This document shows positions 9,697-22,613 of a DNA stretch of 64,000 nt, piece by piece. The stretch lies in contig JAKLDJ010000001.1 of the NCBI GenBank assembly GCA_022703585.1, forward strand, positions 548,006 to 612,005, given 5' to 3'. This stretch comes from Candidatus Omnitrophota bacterium (GTDB lineage: Bacteria; Omnitrophota; Gorgyraeia; Zapsychrales; JAKLDJ01). The translations under genes were made by a program, and so were the position numbers. Every line of letters begins with the position of its first letter. Positions within the stretch are counted from its first letter, which is position 1. The notes beneath the pieces are model-generated. The model was not told the origin of the DNA and searched no databases. It saw nothing but the letters and a program-made list of their open reading frames with translations.

Positions 9697-10794
9697 ATGA
9701 AAAAGGCCATTATCTATCTTGAGGACGGTACAATTTTCCAAGGCCGCACCCTCGACACCAAAGGAGAGACTGCAGGCGAGCTTGTCTTTAATACTGCATT
9801 AACCGGTTATCAAGAAGTCTTAACTGATCCTTCCTATGCCGGGCAAATTGTGGTCATGACTTATCCCCTGATCGGCAATTACGGCGTCAATGACCAGGAT
9901 GTTGAATCAAAAAAGATCTGGGTGAAGGGATTTATTGTTAAAGAATTCTGCCGCAAATATTCCAATTACCGCGCCGCCAAAAGCCTCAATCAATATCTTA
10001 ACGAAAATAATATTATCGGCATTGAAGGTGTCGACACTCGAGCTCTCACTCGTCATCTGAGGGTGTTCGGGGCGATGAAGGGGATGATTTCAACCGAAGA
10101 TTTTAACCCCGCGAGCCTTAAGAAGAAATTAAAGAAAACCCCCGACATGGAAGGCAGCGATTGGGTTAAAGAGGTGACGACTAAAGAAAAATATATCTGG
10201 GGGCCTAAGGAAAATTTCTCTTTTAAAGTAGCGGCACTTGATTGCGGTATTAAATTTAATATCCTGCGCATTTTAGAAGAATTGGGTTGCCAGGTCCATG
10301 TCTTTCCGGCGACGGCCTCGGCTCAAGATATCAAAGCCGTTGGTCCCGACGGGCTTTTTCTCTCCAACGGCCCCGGAGACCCGGCGGCCTTGCCCTATGT
10401 CACCGATACGGTAAAAAATTTTTTTGGGGTTGTGCCTATCTTCGGGATTTGTTTAGGGCACCAGATCTTAGGGCTAGCCTTAGGCGGAAAAACCTACAAA
10501 CTAAAATTCGGACATCACGGCGCCAATCATCCGGCCAAAGATTTTCCCCGGTCAAGGATCAGCATTACCTCGCAAAATCACGGCTTTTGTGTTGATGCGG
10601 ATAGTCTCAACAAGAATGAAGTCGAAATTACACACCGCAATCTTAATGACAACACCGTTGAGGGCCTCCGGCACAAGAAATATCCTTTATTTTCGGTCCA
10701 GTATCACCCCGAGGCTGCGCCGGGGCCGCGGGATGCGCAATATTTATTTGAAGGATTTATTGCACTTATGAAAGAACATAAAAAGAAGAAGTAA
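9697..10794 (+). CDS. carA: Carbamoyl-phosphate synthase small (glutaminase) subunit
   Basis: The protein begins [19 protein letters not shown] and carries the GATase motif [10 protein letters not shown] with the catalytic Cys, plus the HH..N triad region. The ORF-track start at 9523 would read through the structured leader and is rejected. Confidence 0.9.
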   Translation: MKKAIIYLEDGTIFQGRTLDTKGETAGELVFNTALTGYQEVLTDPSYAGQIVVMTYPLIGNYGVNDQDVESKKIWVKGFIVKEFCRKYSNYRAAKSLNQYLNENNIIGIEGVDTRALTRHLRVFGAMKGMISTEDFNPASLKKKLKKTPDMEGSDWVKEVTTKEKYIWGPKENFSFKVAALDCGIKFNILRILEELGCQVHVFPATASAQDIKAVGPDGLFLSNGPGDPAALPYVTDTVKNFFGVVPIFGICLGHQILGLALGGKTYKLKFGHHGANHPAKDFPRSRISITSQNHGFCVDADSLNKNEVEITHRNLNDNTVEGLRHKKYPLFSVQYHPEAAPGPRDAQYLFEGFIALMKEHKKKK

Positions 10795-10795
10795 T

Positions 10796-13700
10796 ATGCC
10801 GCGACGTAGTGATATAAAAAAGATTTTACTGCTCGGGTCGGGCCCGATAGTCATCGGCCAGGCCTGTGAATTTGATTACTCCGGAACTCAGGCCTGTAAG
10901 GCGCTAAAGGAAGAGGGCTTTGAAATTGTCTTGGTCAATTCAAATCCCGCCACCATCATGACCGATCCCGAAATCGCGGATCATACCTACATCGAGCCGT
11001 TAACGGCTCATTCCGTTGAGCAGATCATAAAAAAGGAGCGCCCCGACGCTATCCTCCCGACTTTGGGCGGCCAGACGGCTTTAAATATTGCCATGCAGCT
11101 TTATGAAAACGGTGTTTTGGAAAAATATAACGTCAAAATGCTCGGTGCTAATTACGAGGTTATTAAAAAGGCCGAGGACCGGAAGTGTTTTAAGGACGCG
11201 ATTATAAAAATCGGCCTTGAAGTCCCCAAGAGTTCTTTTGCCTACAGCCTCGAAGAAGCCAAGAAGGCGGCTCAGGCACTCGGATTTCCTTTGATTATCC
11301 GCCCGAGCTACACCTTAGGCGGCACCGGCGGCGGTATTGCGCACGACATGGAAGAATTCGAACGGATTGCCTCCCTGGGTATTGAGAGCAGTATGATCAA
11401 GGAGATTTTGATCGAGGAATCTATCGAAGGCTGGAAGGAATACGAGCTCGAAGTCATGCGCGACAACAAAGATAATGTCGTCATTGTCTGTTCGATTGAA
11501 AATCTTGACCCCATGGGAATACATACCGGCGACAGCATCACCGTTGCCCCGGCGCAGACATTAACCGACAGAGAATACCAGACGATGCGCGATGCCTCTC
11601 TGGCCATTATCCGCGAGGTGGGGGTCGAGACCGGCGGATCCAACATTCAGTTTGCCGTTGATCCTAAAAACGGCCGCATGGTAGTTATCGAAATGAATCC
11701 GCGCGTTTCCCGTTCATCTGCTTTGGCCAGCAAGGCCACGGGATTTCCGATTGCCAAATTCGCTGCGAAACTCGCCGTGGGTTATTCCTTGGATGAGATC
11801 CGTAATGATATTACTAAAGAAACTCCGGCCAGTTTTGAACCGACGATTGATTACTGCGTTGTCAAAATTCCGCGGTTTACGTTTGAAAAATTCCCCGAGG
11901 CAAAAGATGTTTTAGGCGTTTCGATGAAGTCCGTCGGGGAAACCATGGCCATTGGACGCACGTTTAAAGAGGCATTGCAAAAAGGTTTGCGGGGCCTTGA
12001 AATCGGCCACACGGGGTTGGACAATAAACTTAATTACAAAGAAATTCCCGATGAGAAAATACGCCTGCGTTTAAACGAGCCTAATGCCTCGCGGATCTTT
12101 TATCTTAAATATGCGCTGCAAAAGGGTTTTAGCCAGGAGGAGATTTTTCAATTAACAAAGATTGACCCCTGGTTTATCGACCAAATCAGCCAGATCCTGG
12201 AATTCGAAAATAAATTAATGGCTTTTTACCGCAAGGAGAAGAGATTAAATGAGGAGCTCCTGCGGCAGGCGAAGGAGATGGGTTTTAGCGACGCCCAATT
12301 GGCGCAGATGATCAATAGCGACGAGAATGCCATTCGCACGTTACGTAAGACTATGGGGATTGAAGCTACTTTTAAATTGGTCGATACCTGCGCGGCCGAA
12401 TTCGAAGCGTACACGCCGTATTATTATTCAACGTATGAAACCGAAGACGAGGCCTTGGCCCAGGACGAAAAAATAATCGCCAAGCTAGGGCAAAAGCGTA
12501 AGAAGATCATGATCTTAGGCGGCGGACCCAATCGTATCGGCCAGGGAATTGAATTTGATTACTGCTGCTGTCACGCCGCATTCGCCCTTAAAGAGATGGG
12601 TTTTGAAACGATCATGGTTAATTCCAACCCTGAAACCGTTTCGACCGATTACGACACATCCGATAAGCTATATTTTGAGCCTCTGACATTCGAAGATGTT
12701 ATGAATATTGTCGATATCGAAAAACCCGACGGCGTTATCGTGCAATTCGGCGGCCAGACGCCGCTCAATCTGGCGCGGCGATTGCATGAGGCCGGGGTAC
12801 CGATTATCGGAACGACGGTTCATTCTATCGATCTGGCTGAAGACAGAAAAAAGTTTTCCGCCTTTATCGAAAAAATCGGCATTGCCCAACCCGAAAACGG
12901 GTCGGCAAGATCCGTTGATGAGGCGATTGAAATTGCCAATCGGATCGGCTACCCGGTTTTGGCGCGGCCCTCGTATGTCCTTGGCGGCCGCGCCATGCGC
13001 ATTGTTTACGACAAGGAATCGCTTTTATCTTTCATCGATGAGGCCAAAGAGGTTTCCCAGGGGCACCCTATTTTGATCGATAAATTCATCGAGGATGCCA
13101 TCGAGATTGACGTGGATGCTATTGCCGATGGTAAAAAGGTCTTTGTCGGCGGGATTATGGAGCATATCGAGAATGCCGGCATCCATTCCGGTGATTCGGC
13201 CTGTGTCCTGCCGCCGCATACCTTAAGCGAAGAGCTGGTTGATAAAATAAAAGAATATACTCGCCAAATTGCCTTAGGATTAAAAGTTATCGGGCTTTTA
13301 AATATTCAATTTGCCGCCAAGGGAAACAAGATTTATGTCCTGGAGGTTAACCCGCGCGCCTCGCGCACGACTCCCTTTGTCAGCAAGGCAACGGGTGTTC
13401 CTTTGGCCAAAATAGCGGCGCAGGTGATGGCCGGAAAAAAGCTGGATGATTTTAAGCTCGTGGAATGTGACGAATTAAAGCATGTTTCGGTCAAGGAATC
13501 GGTGCTGCCTTTCTCGAGGTTCTCCGGCGTGGATATTGTCTTGGGCCCTGAAATGAAATCCACCGGTGAGGTCATGGGCATTGATTACAGTTTCGGCGCG
13601 GCCTTTGCCAAGTCGCAGATTTCGGCCAACCAGGCTTTACCCAAAGAAGGAAGGGTCTTTGTCAGCGTTAATGATCACGACAAACGCAATGTCGCCTTTC

Positions 13701-14065
13701 TTGCCAAGCGGCTGGTCGATCTGGGTTTCGGTATCGTGTCGACCAAAGGGACCTCAAGGGTTTTAAAGTCGAGCGGGCTCGATGTCGTGGTGGTCAACAA
13801 GCACAGCGACGGCCAAAGCGATTTATTGGCGTACATCCAGAAAGGCGAAATCAAATTGATTATCAACACACCCTCCGGCGAGCGGAGTCAGTCGGATATG
13901 CGGGTCATCCGGGCTGCGGCGATTTTGTATAATATCCCCTGCATTACGACGCTTCAAGGGGCGTGGGCGGCTGTTAACGGTATCGATTCTTCATTGCATA
14001 AAGAATTCACGGTCAAATCGCTGCAGGAATATTACAGCGAAAATTGTATCGGTTGCGCAGTTTAG
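10796..14065 (+). CDS. carB: Carbamoyl-phosphate synthase large subunit
   Basis: Duplicated ATP-grasp halves ([23 protein letters not shown] and [21 protein letters not shown]), an oligomerisation domain and an MGS-like C-terminus. The ATG lies 1 nt after the carA stop. Confidence 0.95.
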   Translation: MPRRSDIKKILLLGSGPIVIGQACEFDYSGTQACKALKEEGFEIVLVNSNPATIMTDPEIADHTYIEPLTAHSVEQIIKKERPDAILPTLGGQTALNIAMQLYENGVLEKYNVKMLGANYEVIKKAEDRKCFKDAIIKIGLEVPKSSFAYSLEEAKKAAQALGFPLIIRPSYTLGGTGGGIAHDMEEFERIASLGIESSMIKEILIEESIEGWKEYELEVMRDNKDNVVIVCSIENLDPMGIHTGDSITVAPAQTLTDREYQTMRDASLAIIREVGVETGGSNIQFAVDPKNGRMVVIEMNPRVSRSSALASKATGFPIAKFAAKLAVGYSLDEIRNDITKETPASFEPTIDYCVVKIPRFTFEKFPEAKDVLGVSMKSVGETMAIGRTFKEALQKGLRGLEIGHTGLDNKLNYKEIPDEKIRLRLNEPNASRIFYLKYALQKGFSQEEIFQLTKIDPWFIDQISQILEFENKLMAFYRKEKRLNEELLRQAKEMGFSDAQLAQMINSDENAIRTLRKTMGIEATFKLVDTCAAEFEAYTPYYYSTYETEDEALAQDEKIIAKLGQKRKKIMILGGGPNRIGQGIEFDYCCCHAAFALKEMGFETIMVNSNPETVSTDYDTSDKLYFEPLTFEDVMNIVDIEKPDGVIVQFGGQTPLNLARRLHEAGVPIIGTTVHSIDLAEDRKKFSAFIEKIGIAQPENGSARSVDEAIEIANRIGYPVLARPSYVLGGRAMRIVYDKESLLSFIDEAKEVSQGHPILIDKFIEDAIEIDVDAIADGKKVFVGGIMEHIENAGIHSGDSACVLPPHTLSEELVDKIKEYTRQIALGLKVIGLLNIQFAAKGNKIYVLEVNPRASRTTPFVSKATGVPLAKIAAQVMAGKKLDDFKLVECDELKHVSVKESVLPFSRFSGVDIVLGPEMKSTGEVMGIDYSFGAAFAKSQISANQALPKEGRVFVSVNDHDKRNVAFLAKRLVDLGFGIVSTKGTSRVLKSSGLDVVVVNKHSDGQSDLLAYIQKGEIKLIINTPSGERSQSDMRVIRAAAILYNIPCITTLQGAWAAVNGIDSSLHKEFTVKSLQEYYSENCIGCAV

Positions 14066-14099
14066 ATATTTTGTTTTTTAAAAAAGAAAGGGTGTCCTG

Positions 14100-17089
<2,990 letters not shown>

Positions 17090-17162
17090 AAGCTAATTAA
17101 TCCGTATTGAATTCTTAACCGCCTTATGGCATAATAGGAAAAATTATTCTCAGCGAAATGAC

Positions 17163-17244
<82 letters not shown>

Positions 17245-17368
17245 TTCTACTTCGCCCCAATGTTCTTACGTTGGGGCTACGTAGAATAGCTAAAAGAATA
17301 TATATAACTAAAGGGAATCCTTCGAAGCCAAACGCCGACCGAAGGTCGAGCCATTTGGCGGAGAAGGA

Positions 17369-17384
17369 TCCCTCCCCGCGCATT
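17369..17384 (+). repeat. 16-nt direct repeat of the tRNA-Leu 3' end (TCCCTCCCCGCGCATT), 125 bp downstream of the tRNA
   Basis: It is identical to 17231-17246. The intervening segment (17245-17368) is dominated by hairpins. Confidence 0.5.
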
Positions 17385-17401
17385 GATTTCTTAAACAAAA
17401 A

Positions 17402-17445
17402 GGGCGCCCCGCCGAATTTCGGCGGGGCGCCCTTATTGTTTATTT
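17402..17445. terminator. Rho-independent terminator, probably bidirectional
   Basis: GGGCGCCCCGCCG-AATTT-CGGCGGGGCGCCC followed by TTATTGTTTATTT, with AAAAA on the other side. Confidence 0.6.
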
Positions 17446-17507
17446 CCGGTAGAACAGCAAAAGAGTATAGGCTATAATAAGGATATTCCAAGAAAGAAAA
17501 GAATCCC

Positions 17508-18731
17508 ATGCGCGCCCTATTGACACCTTTTAGAAAGTTCGGCTTAAATAAGTTCTTATTCTGCGCCACGATTGCCGTTATTGCGTGGTATGTCTTGCTA
17601 TGTCTCGCCCACTATTTCTCCCAGCGCCCTTTATGGAACGATGAGGATTGCGTCTTTAACAGCATAAAGGCATTTAACGCAAAAGATATTTTTACCCGGC
17701 CGCTTTTATCACTCCAGGTTTTCCCTCGGGTTTACCTGTTCGCTATCCAGCAGTTTTCGAAGCCGTTCGATTTCCATCTCTTAGCTTTAAGATTCTTTTC
17801 TCTTGTCTTTATGCTGGCGGCGTTCCTTGCTTGGATAAAAATTGCCCGTTACGAATTTAAAGATAAACTGCATTACCTTACCTTTATCCTGTCCTGGTCT
17901 GCCTCGGCGGTTTTAATTTATTATTCTGCCGAACTAAAACAGTATTCAATGGATGTCCTGGTAGGAGCGCTGTTTTTGCTTTTTCTCTATCATCAGGAGC
18001 GGTTGCAAAAAGAATGTCGTTTCTCGGTTCTGGCGCTTATCTTGGTGGCTTTACCGGCTTTAATTATGGTCTCGTATATAACGTTTTTCTTTCTCCTTCT
18101 TCCTTTATACAATCTTATTCTTTCTGCCCGGCAGCAAAAAGAGAATCGCCGGTTGCTGCTTTTGATAATTCTGTACGTTTCGTCGGCTGTTATTTTCGGC
18201 GCGCTTTCTTACTGTTTTGATGCGCGATTACGGCCCGTCGCTATTTTGACCCAGGAATGGCGCAATCATTTTATTTCGTTTGATTCCCCGCTGGCCTTCT
18301 TTAGGAGCCTGTGGGAGGGCATCAACAATCTTTTTGTGCGTTGGTTCGTGGAACGGCCCAAATCCTTAAAGAAGATCGGCATGTTCTTTGTTGCGTTCGG
18401 GTTTATCTATTTATTCCGGGGATTTTTCAGCAACATCAAAAAGGAAAAATATTTCTTAAAGTCGCTCAATACGGTGGCGCTGGTTGTCTTTCTGGAATTG
18501 CTCATCATGGGGGCGTTAAAGAAATACCCGTTTACGGTTCCGCGCACGTCGCTTTTCTTTTGCCCCGTCGTCCTGTTTTTAACGCTTAAAGGGATTGTGA
18601 TTTTAGAAAAGCTCAATCCCTACGTTTACAGAATTATTTATGCGCTCTATGCGATTTACCTTATTTATCTTACAATATCTTTAGGCGGTATTACGCTAGC
18701 GGGAAAATTGACTTTTCGCCCGATTCTATAA
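17508..18731 (+). CDS. Polytopic integral membrane protein, possibly a GT-C type glycosyltransferase (ArnT/PMT-like); function uncertain
   Basis: 407 aa with about ten hydrophobic helices and no soluble domain. Judged only from topology and N-terminal loop composition. Confidence 0.45.
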   Translation: MRALLTPFRKFGLNKFLFCATIAVIAWYVLLCLAHYFSQRPLWNDEDCVFNSIKAFNAKDIFTRPLLSLQVFPRVYLFAIQQFSKPFDFHLLALRFFSLVFMLAAFLAWIKIARYEFKDKLHYLTFILSWSASAVLIYYSAELKQYSMDVLVGALFLLFLYHQERLQKECRFSVLALILVALPALIMVSYITFFFLLLPLYNLILSARQQKENRRLLLLIILYVSSAVIFGALSYCFDARLRPVAILTQEWRNHFISFDSPLAFFRSLWEGINNLFVRWFVERPKSLKKIGMFFVAFGFIYLFRGFFSNIKKEKYFLKSLNTVALVVFLELLIMGALKKYPFTVPRTSLFFCPVVLFLTLKGIVILEKLNPYVYRIIYALYAIYLIYLTISLGGITLAGKLTFRPIL

Positions 18732-18779
18732 GGGCACAAGCAAAGATGTGCCTAAAAAATATTTATCCAGAGGAAACCC

Positions 18780-19490
18780 ATGACGAAATTGATTAAAGTA
18801 AGCGCGAGCATTTTATGTGCTGATTTCTTGAAGTTAGGCGAAGAGATCAAAAAGTGCGAAGACGCCGGTGTCGATTTACTGCATATCGATGTGATGGACG
18901 GCCACTTTGTTCCTAACATCACTATCGGAACGGTGATCATCAAGGCCATACGCCCCTTGACAAAACTCCCCATTGAGGCGCATTTGATGATAGAAAATCC
19001 GCGCGGCTATATTGATTCTTTTATTGAAGCCGGCGCGGATATCATCAAGATACAGGCGGAATGTTACGCTCCGGCAGGAGGCCGGCCTCCGAAATTAGGC
19101 GTCCCCAGGCGGGTTAAGGTTATCGATATTTCAAAAGCCAAAGCGGATATTAAGAAAATACGGCAAAGAGGAAAACGAGCGTTTATGGTGCTTAATCCCG
19201 CAACACCTTTATGCATCCAGCCCCTTTTAAATATCTTAGACGGAGTCCTGATTATGTCGGTCAATCCCGGTTTTGCCGGGCAAAAATTTATGCCCGGCGT
19301 ATTACCGAAGTTGGCCGCTTTAAGAGAAATCTATAAAGGCGATATTGAAATTGACGGCGGTATTAATGAGTCCACTGCCCCCGCGGCGGTTAAAGCCGGT
19401 GCCAATATCCTGGCCACGGCCAGTTATTTTTTCGGAGCTAAGAATCCCGGGGAAGTTGTACGGTATCTAAAAAACCTGGGAAGAAAATAG
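18780..19490 (+). CDS. rpe: Ribulose-phosphate 3-epimerase
   Basis: ASILCADFLKLGEEI, LLHIDVMDGHFVPNITIG and MSVNPGFAGQKF motifs. Confidence 0.9.
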   Translation: MTKLIKVSASILCADFLKLGEEIKKCEDAGVDLLHIDVMDGHFVPNITIGTVIIKAIRPLTKLPIEAHLMIENPRGYIDSFIEAGADIIKIQAECYAPAGGRPPKLGVPRRVKVIDISKAKADIKKIRQRGKRAFMVLNPATPLCIQPLLNILDGVLIMSVNPGFAGQKFMPGVLPKLAALREIYKGDIEIDGGINESTAPAAVKAGANILATASYFFGAKNPGEVVRYLKNLGRK

Positions 19491-19520
19491 TACAAGGCCT
19501 CCCTGGGGGCGTGCTTTTGT

Positions 19521-19550
19521 TTGGCAAACGCCTTAGGCGTGTGTTATATA
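19521..19550 (+). promoter_or_regulatory. Candidate promoter (TTGGCA, 18-bp spacer, extended -10 TGtTATATA) for the Cys-rich pilin-like gene
   Basis: TTGGCA at 19521-19526 and TGtTATATA at 19542-19550. Confidence 0.4.
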
Positions 19551-19569
19551 TTAATTAGAGAGGTAAGCC

Positions 19570-19659
19570 CCGTTAGAGAACTTTGTTCCCTAACGGCCTG
19601 AGCCGATCTCGTTAGAAAATTATTTTCTAATTGGGTTAAAATCGGCAGCTTTTTCTAAC
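19570..19659 (+). promoter_or_regulatory. Array of three palindromic operator-like sites (consensus CGTTAGAnAA...TTnTCTAACG) between the promoter and start codon
   Basis: 19570-19596 is CCGTTAGAGAAC-TTTG-TTCCCTAACGG. 19610-19630 is CGTTAGAAAAT-T-ATTTTCTAA, a perfect palindrome. 19651-19659 is the half-site TTTTCTAAC. Centres are spaced about 36 bp apart. Confidence 0.45.
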
Positions 19660-19676
19660 AGGGTAAAATATTAAGA

Positions 19677-20924
19677 ATGCATAAGGGATATCAAGAAAAT
19701 AGCAAAGCCCAGGCCACCATCGAATATATGCTTCTGTTCGTTATGGTGGCGGTCATTGTTTTCTTTGGCTTTAAGAATCTTTTGCCCAAGGCGACGGTGT
19801 CTTCGGGTGCTTATTTTAATCAAGCCTCCGGGGCCATTATGGGTGACCCGCCGCCGTTGTTCCCGGCGGTCGGTACGAAAATTGTACCCGCGAATTGTGA
19901 GTGGACAGGTCAGTGGGACGAAGACCAGGAGTCTTCCGGAGGCGTGTGGAACTATTATTGTTATCAGCGAAATCCTTCGCGGCCTTTTCTGTGCGGCCGG
20001 GCACACTATGGGGACCAGGATGACCCTACACAGCACTACTGTTGCGGGTCCAGTCCTAATCGCACAGCCGCAGATCTTATTAATATTACAGAGCTTGTCT
20101 GTGACGATGAATCAGAGTGTGGTACTAGGATTTGTCCCTCCAACAGTCCTTTTATGGTCGGTCGTCGTCATCGAGGCGATGAAAATGATAAAACAGTTTA
20201 TGCCTGTGCCGGGGCGAATGATGCCAGCGGAGCCCCTTTTTGTATGAACGGCCCCCAAAACAACTGTACCTGGGAAGGGGGCAACAGTGAAAGCGATGAA
20301 GGCGGATGGGGAGATCCTCACCGTTGCCCTGACGCAAGGCCGTTTCTTCACGGCAGATATCATTGGCCGCATGACGTGGATGGCTGTGGCCAAGACAATG
20401 GGGACGAAAATGCCTGCACGCAATATTTATGTTGTAATGCCATCAGTTATCCGGAATACAACAATTGTGTTGGACTGATAGCTTGCGCCGACAGGTCTTT
20501 CGTTGATTGCTGCGGGGACGAACTTTGTTCAACATCTTATGAGTGGGAGAGGCGTGGTGGGTTTGGAGGATATCATTGGACGGCGGTTTATCAAGGTTGT
20601 ATAGACCGTCCGGCAGGCTACGGAGAATGCCGATATGAGACACATCCACCTTGCTCGACAGTGAACGAGGATGAATGCTGTGACGTCGGTGACTATTGTT
20701 CCAGGAGCTATATTGTACATCCGCCGGTAGAGTATCTGGGATGCATTGATCGTCCTGCGGGCGAAGGCTGTAACATATATGACGTATCGGCTCTCGCTTG
20801 TGACGATCGATTGACCGAGGCATGGTGCTGTGCTGACGGTAACTGTCATTGGGAACATGGTATGTGGGGCAATCCGGGTCATTGCGAGACCCCGTCACCG
20901 GCAAATCCCGCATGCAATGAGTAG
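19677..20924 (+). CDS. Secreted Cys-rich repeat protein with an Flp/Tad-type (class III) prepilin-like N-terminus
   Basis: The N-terminus KA-QATIEYMLLFVMVAVIVFFGF fits the G/A-XXXXEY prepilin motif followed by a hydrophobic helix. The ~360-aa remainder has about 40 Cys and internal repeats (RPFLCGRAHYGDQDD, SPFMVGRRHRGDEND, RPFLHGRYHWPHD; CIDRPAGYGEC / CIDRPAGEGC). Confidence 0.6.
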   Translation: MHKGYQENSKAQATIEYMLLFVMVAVIVFFGFKNLLPKATVSSGAYFNQASGAIMGDPPPLFPAVGTKIVPANCEWTGQWDEDQESSGGVWNYYCYQRNPSRPFLCGRAHYGDQDDPTQHYCCGSSPNRTAADLINITELVCDDESECGTRICPSNSPFMVGRRHRGDENDKTVYACAGANDASGAPFCMNGPQNNCTWEGGNSESDEGGWGDPHRCPDARPFLHGRYHWPHDVDGCGQDNGDENACTQYLCCNAISYPEYNNCVGLIACADRSFVDCCGDELCSTSYEWERRGGFGGYHWTAVYQGCIDRPAGYGECRYETHPPCSTVNEDECCDVGDYCSRSYIVHPPVEYLGCIDRPAGEGCNIYDVSALACDDRLTEAWCCADGNCHWEHGMWGNPGHCETPSPANPACNE

Positions 20925-20936
20925 AAGGAAGGGGCT

Positions 20937-21869
20937 TTATTGTCTTTTTCTTTTGTCCCGCACGTAGACGCTTCCCTCTAAACTTTTGGCGTATTTCTTT
21001 AATTCCGCGCCGATTTCTCCTATTTGGGCAAGGTGGGTGATTTTCTGGACGGTATTGCTGACGATACCGATGGAGATAGAGAGAAAGCCGATTTTTATTT
21101 CGTTACCCTGCCGGTCTTTGGTGACAATAAACTTATTTTTCCTGTCTTCTTCGCTGTAAAAAAGAGGGCTGATTTTATCAAATTCATCGATCACCCCCTG
21201 AGATATCCCGTCCGCCTCGCCGTCAACGCAGACAAACACAAAATCATCGCCGCCGATATGCCCCAAGAAAGCATCAATGCTGCCTTTATCGCGTACGGCC
21301 TTGATTAAAACCCTGGCCGTTTGCCGGATAACCTCATCGCCGCGCTCAAAACCGTATTTGTCGTTATAGGCTTTAAATTTATCCAAATCCGCGTAGCCGA
21401 CAGCGAAAGGCTGGTTGCTGTCAATGCGTCGCTGCAGTTCGTCCATAATCGAAACATTGCCGGGTAAATGGGTTAGGGGATTGGCATCCAGGCTGCGTTC
21501 GGTGCGCCGTAAAATCATCTTTATCCGTGCCAGAAGCTCCTGGGGCTCGAAGGGTTTGACAATATAGTCGTCGGCTCCGGCGTTAATACCGCCGACTTTA
21601 TCCTCGACTTCGCCTTTTCCGGTCAGCATAATGATGGGGATATGCTGCAGGAGAATATCTTTTTTAACTGCCTGGCAAAATTGACGGCCGTCCATGACCG
21701 GCATTTTATAATCGCAGATAATTAAATCCGGCGGTTTTCCTAAAAGAAGCTGCAGGCCTTCCTGGCCGTTCGCGGCTTGTACGACTTCATAGTGGTCGGA
21801 TAATGTCAGCGACAGGACGTCGCGTATATCCGGGTCATCGTCAATCGTTAGGATTTTTTCTTTTCGCAT
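20937..21869 (-). CDS. Response regulator with REC and GGDEF domains (PleD-like); the signature reads GGDDF and no RxxD I-site is seen
   Basis: REC domain (LTIDDDPDIRD ... ICDYKMPVMDG ... DDYIVKPF) and GGDEF domain (YADLDKFKAYND ... LGHIGGDDFVFV). Confidence 0.85.
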   Translation of the reverse strand: MRKEKILTIDDDPDIRDVLSLTLSDHYEVVQAANGQEGLQLLLGKPPDLIICDYKMPVMDGRQFCQAVKKDILLQHIPIIMLTGKGEVEDKVGGINAGADDYIVKPFEPQELLARIKMILRRTERSLDANPLTHLPGNVSIMDELQRRIDSNQPFAVGYADLDKFKAYNDKYGFERGDEVIRQTARVLIKAVRDKGSIDAFLGHIGGDDFVFVCVDGEADGISQGVIDEFDKISPLFYSEEDRKNKFIVTKDRQGNEIKIGFLSISIGIVSNTVQKITHLAQIGEIGAELKKYAKSLEGSVYVRDKRKRQ

Positions 21870-22606
21870 AAGATTGTTTGTATTTCCTCAATGAGTTCAC
21901 GGGGTTCAAAAGGTTTCGCCAGAAACCGCACCACGCCCATCTGAGTTCCCTTTTCTTTGTCGTTGTCGGAAATGTTCGCTCCTGATAAAACCACAATCGG
22001 AGCCGACCAGGCTTGCTGGTTTTGATTAAGAATATTGATGACCTCAAATCCGTCGGGGGCGGGCATGCGGATATCCAGAATGATTAAATCGGGTTTTTCC
22101 TGGTTGGCCTTTTCAATAGCCTCGGTGCCGTTAAATGCCTCAAGCGTAATAAAGCCGCGGTCGCGCAGCTGATGAGAAATAATGTTGACGACATCCGGCT
22201 CATCATCGACGACCAGGATCTTTTTTACGGCTTTTGTTTCTTTGGAATCAGTGAGGATCCTTTTTACGTTACTGATGAGCTCCTCTTTCTCAAACGGCTT
22301 GGCGACGTAACCCATCGCCGAGATTTTCTGTATTTTAGGGTCTTTGGCAATTACGGATATGATCAAAATCGGGATAGAGGCGGTTGCGGGATCCATTTTT
22401 AAAAGGCCGATAGCCGCGGGGCCGTCAACTTTAGGAAGCTTCATATCCATGGTAATCAGGTCAGGCTTTTCATTCTTGGCCAGGTTAACGATGTCGCAGG
22501 CATCAGGGGCGCTGGCAACCAAAAAGCCTTCTTCTTCGAGATAAAAAGAAATAATCTCGCGGATATCCGCGTCATCTTCAATCACTAAAATCTTTTTATC
22601 AGCCAT
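21848..22606 (-). CDS. Tandem-receiver (REC-REC) response regulator without an output domain
   Basis: Two CheY-like domains, ILVIEDDADIRE...ITMDMKLPKVDG and ILVVDDEPDVVN...IILDIRMPAPDG. It overlaps the downstream gene by 22 nt. Confidence 0.8.
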   Translation of the reverse strand: MADKKILVIEDDADIREIISFYLEEEGFLVASAPDACDIVNLAKNEKPDLITMDMKLPKVDGPAAIGLLKMDPATASIPILIISVIAKDPKIQKISAMGYVAKPFEKEELISNVKRILTDSKETKAVKKILVVDDEPDVVNIISHQLRDRGFITLEAFNGTEAIEKANQEKPDLIILDIRMPAPDGFEVINILNQNQQAWSAPIVVLSGANISDNDKEKGTQMGVVRFLAKPFEPRELIEEIQTILCEKKKS

Positions 22607-22613
22607 CTTAACT

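Noticed and set aside
17245-17500. tmRNA or another tRNA-like RNA downstream of tRNA-Leu
   Set aside because: No tmRNA acceptor/T-arm pair, resume codon or tag ORF is present. The partial T-arm/acceptor copy is only 16 nt.
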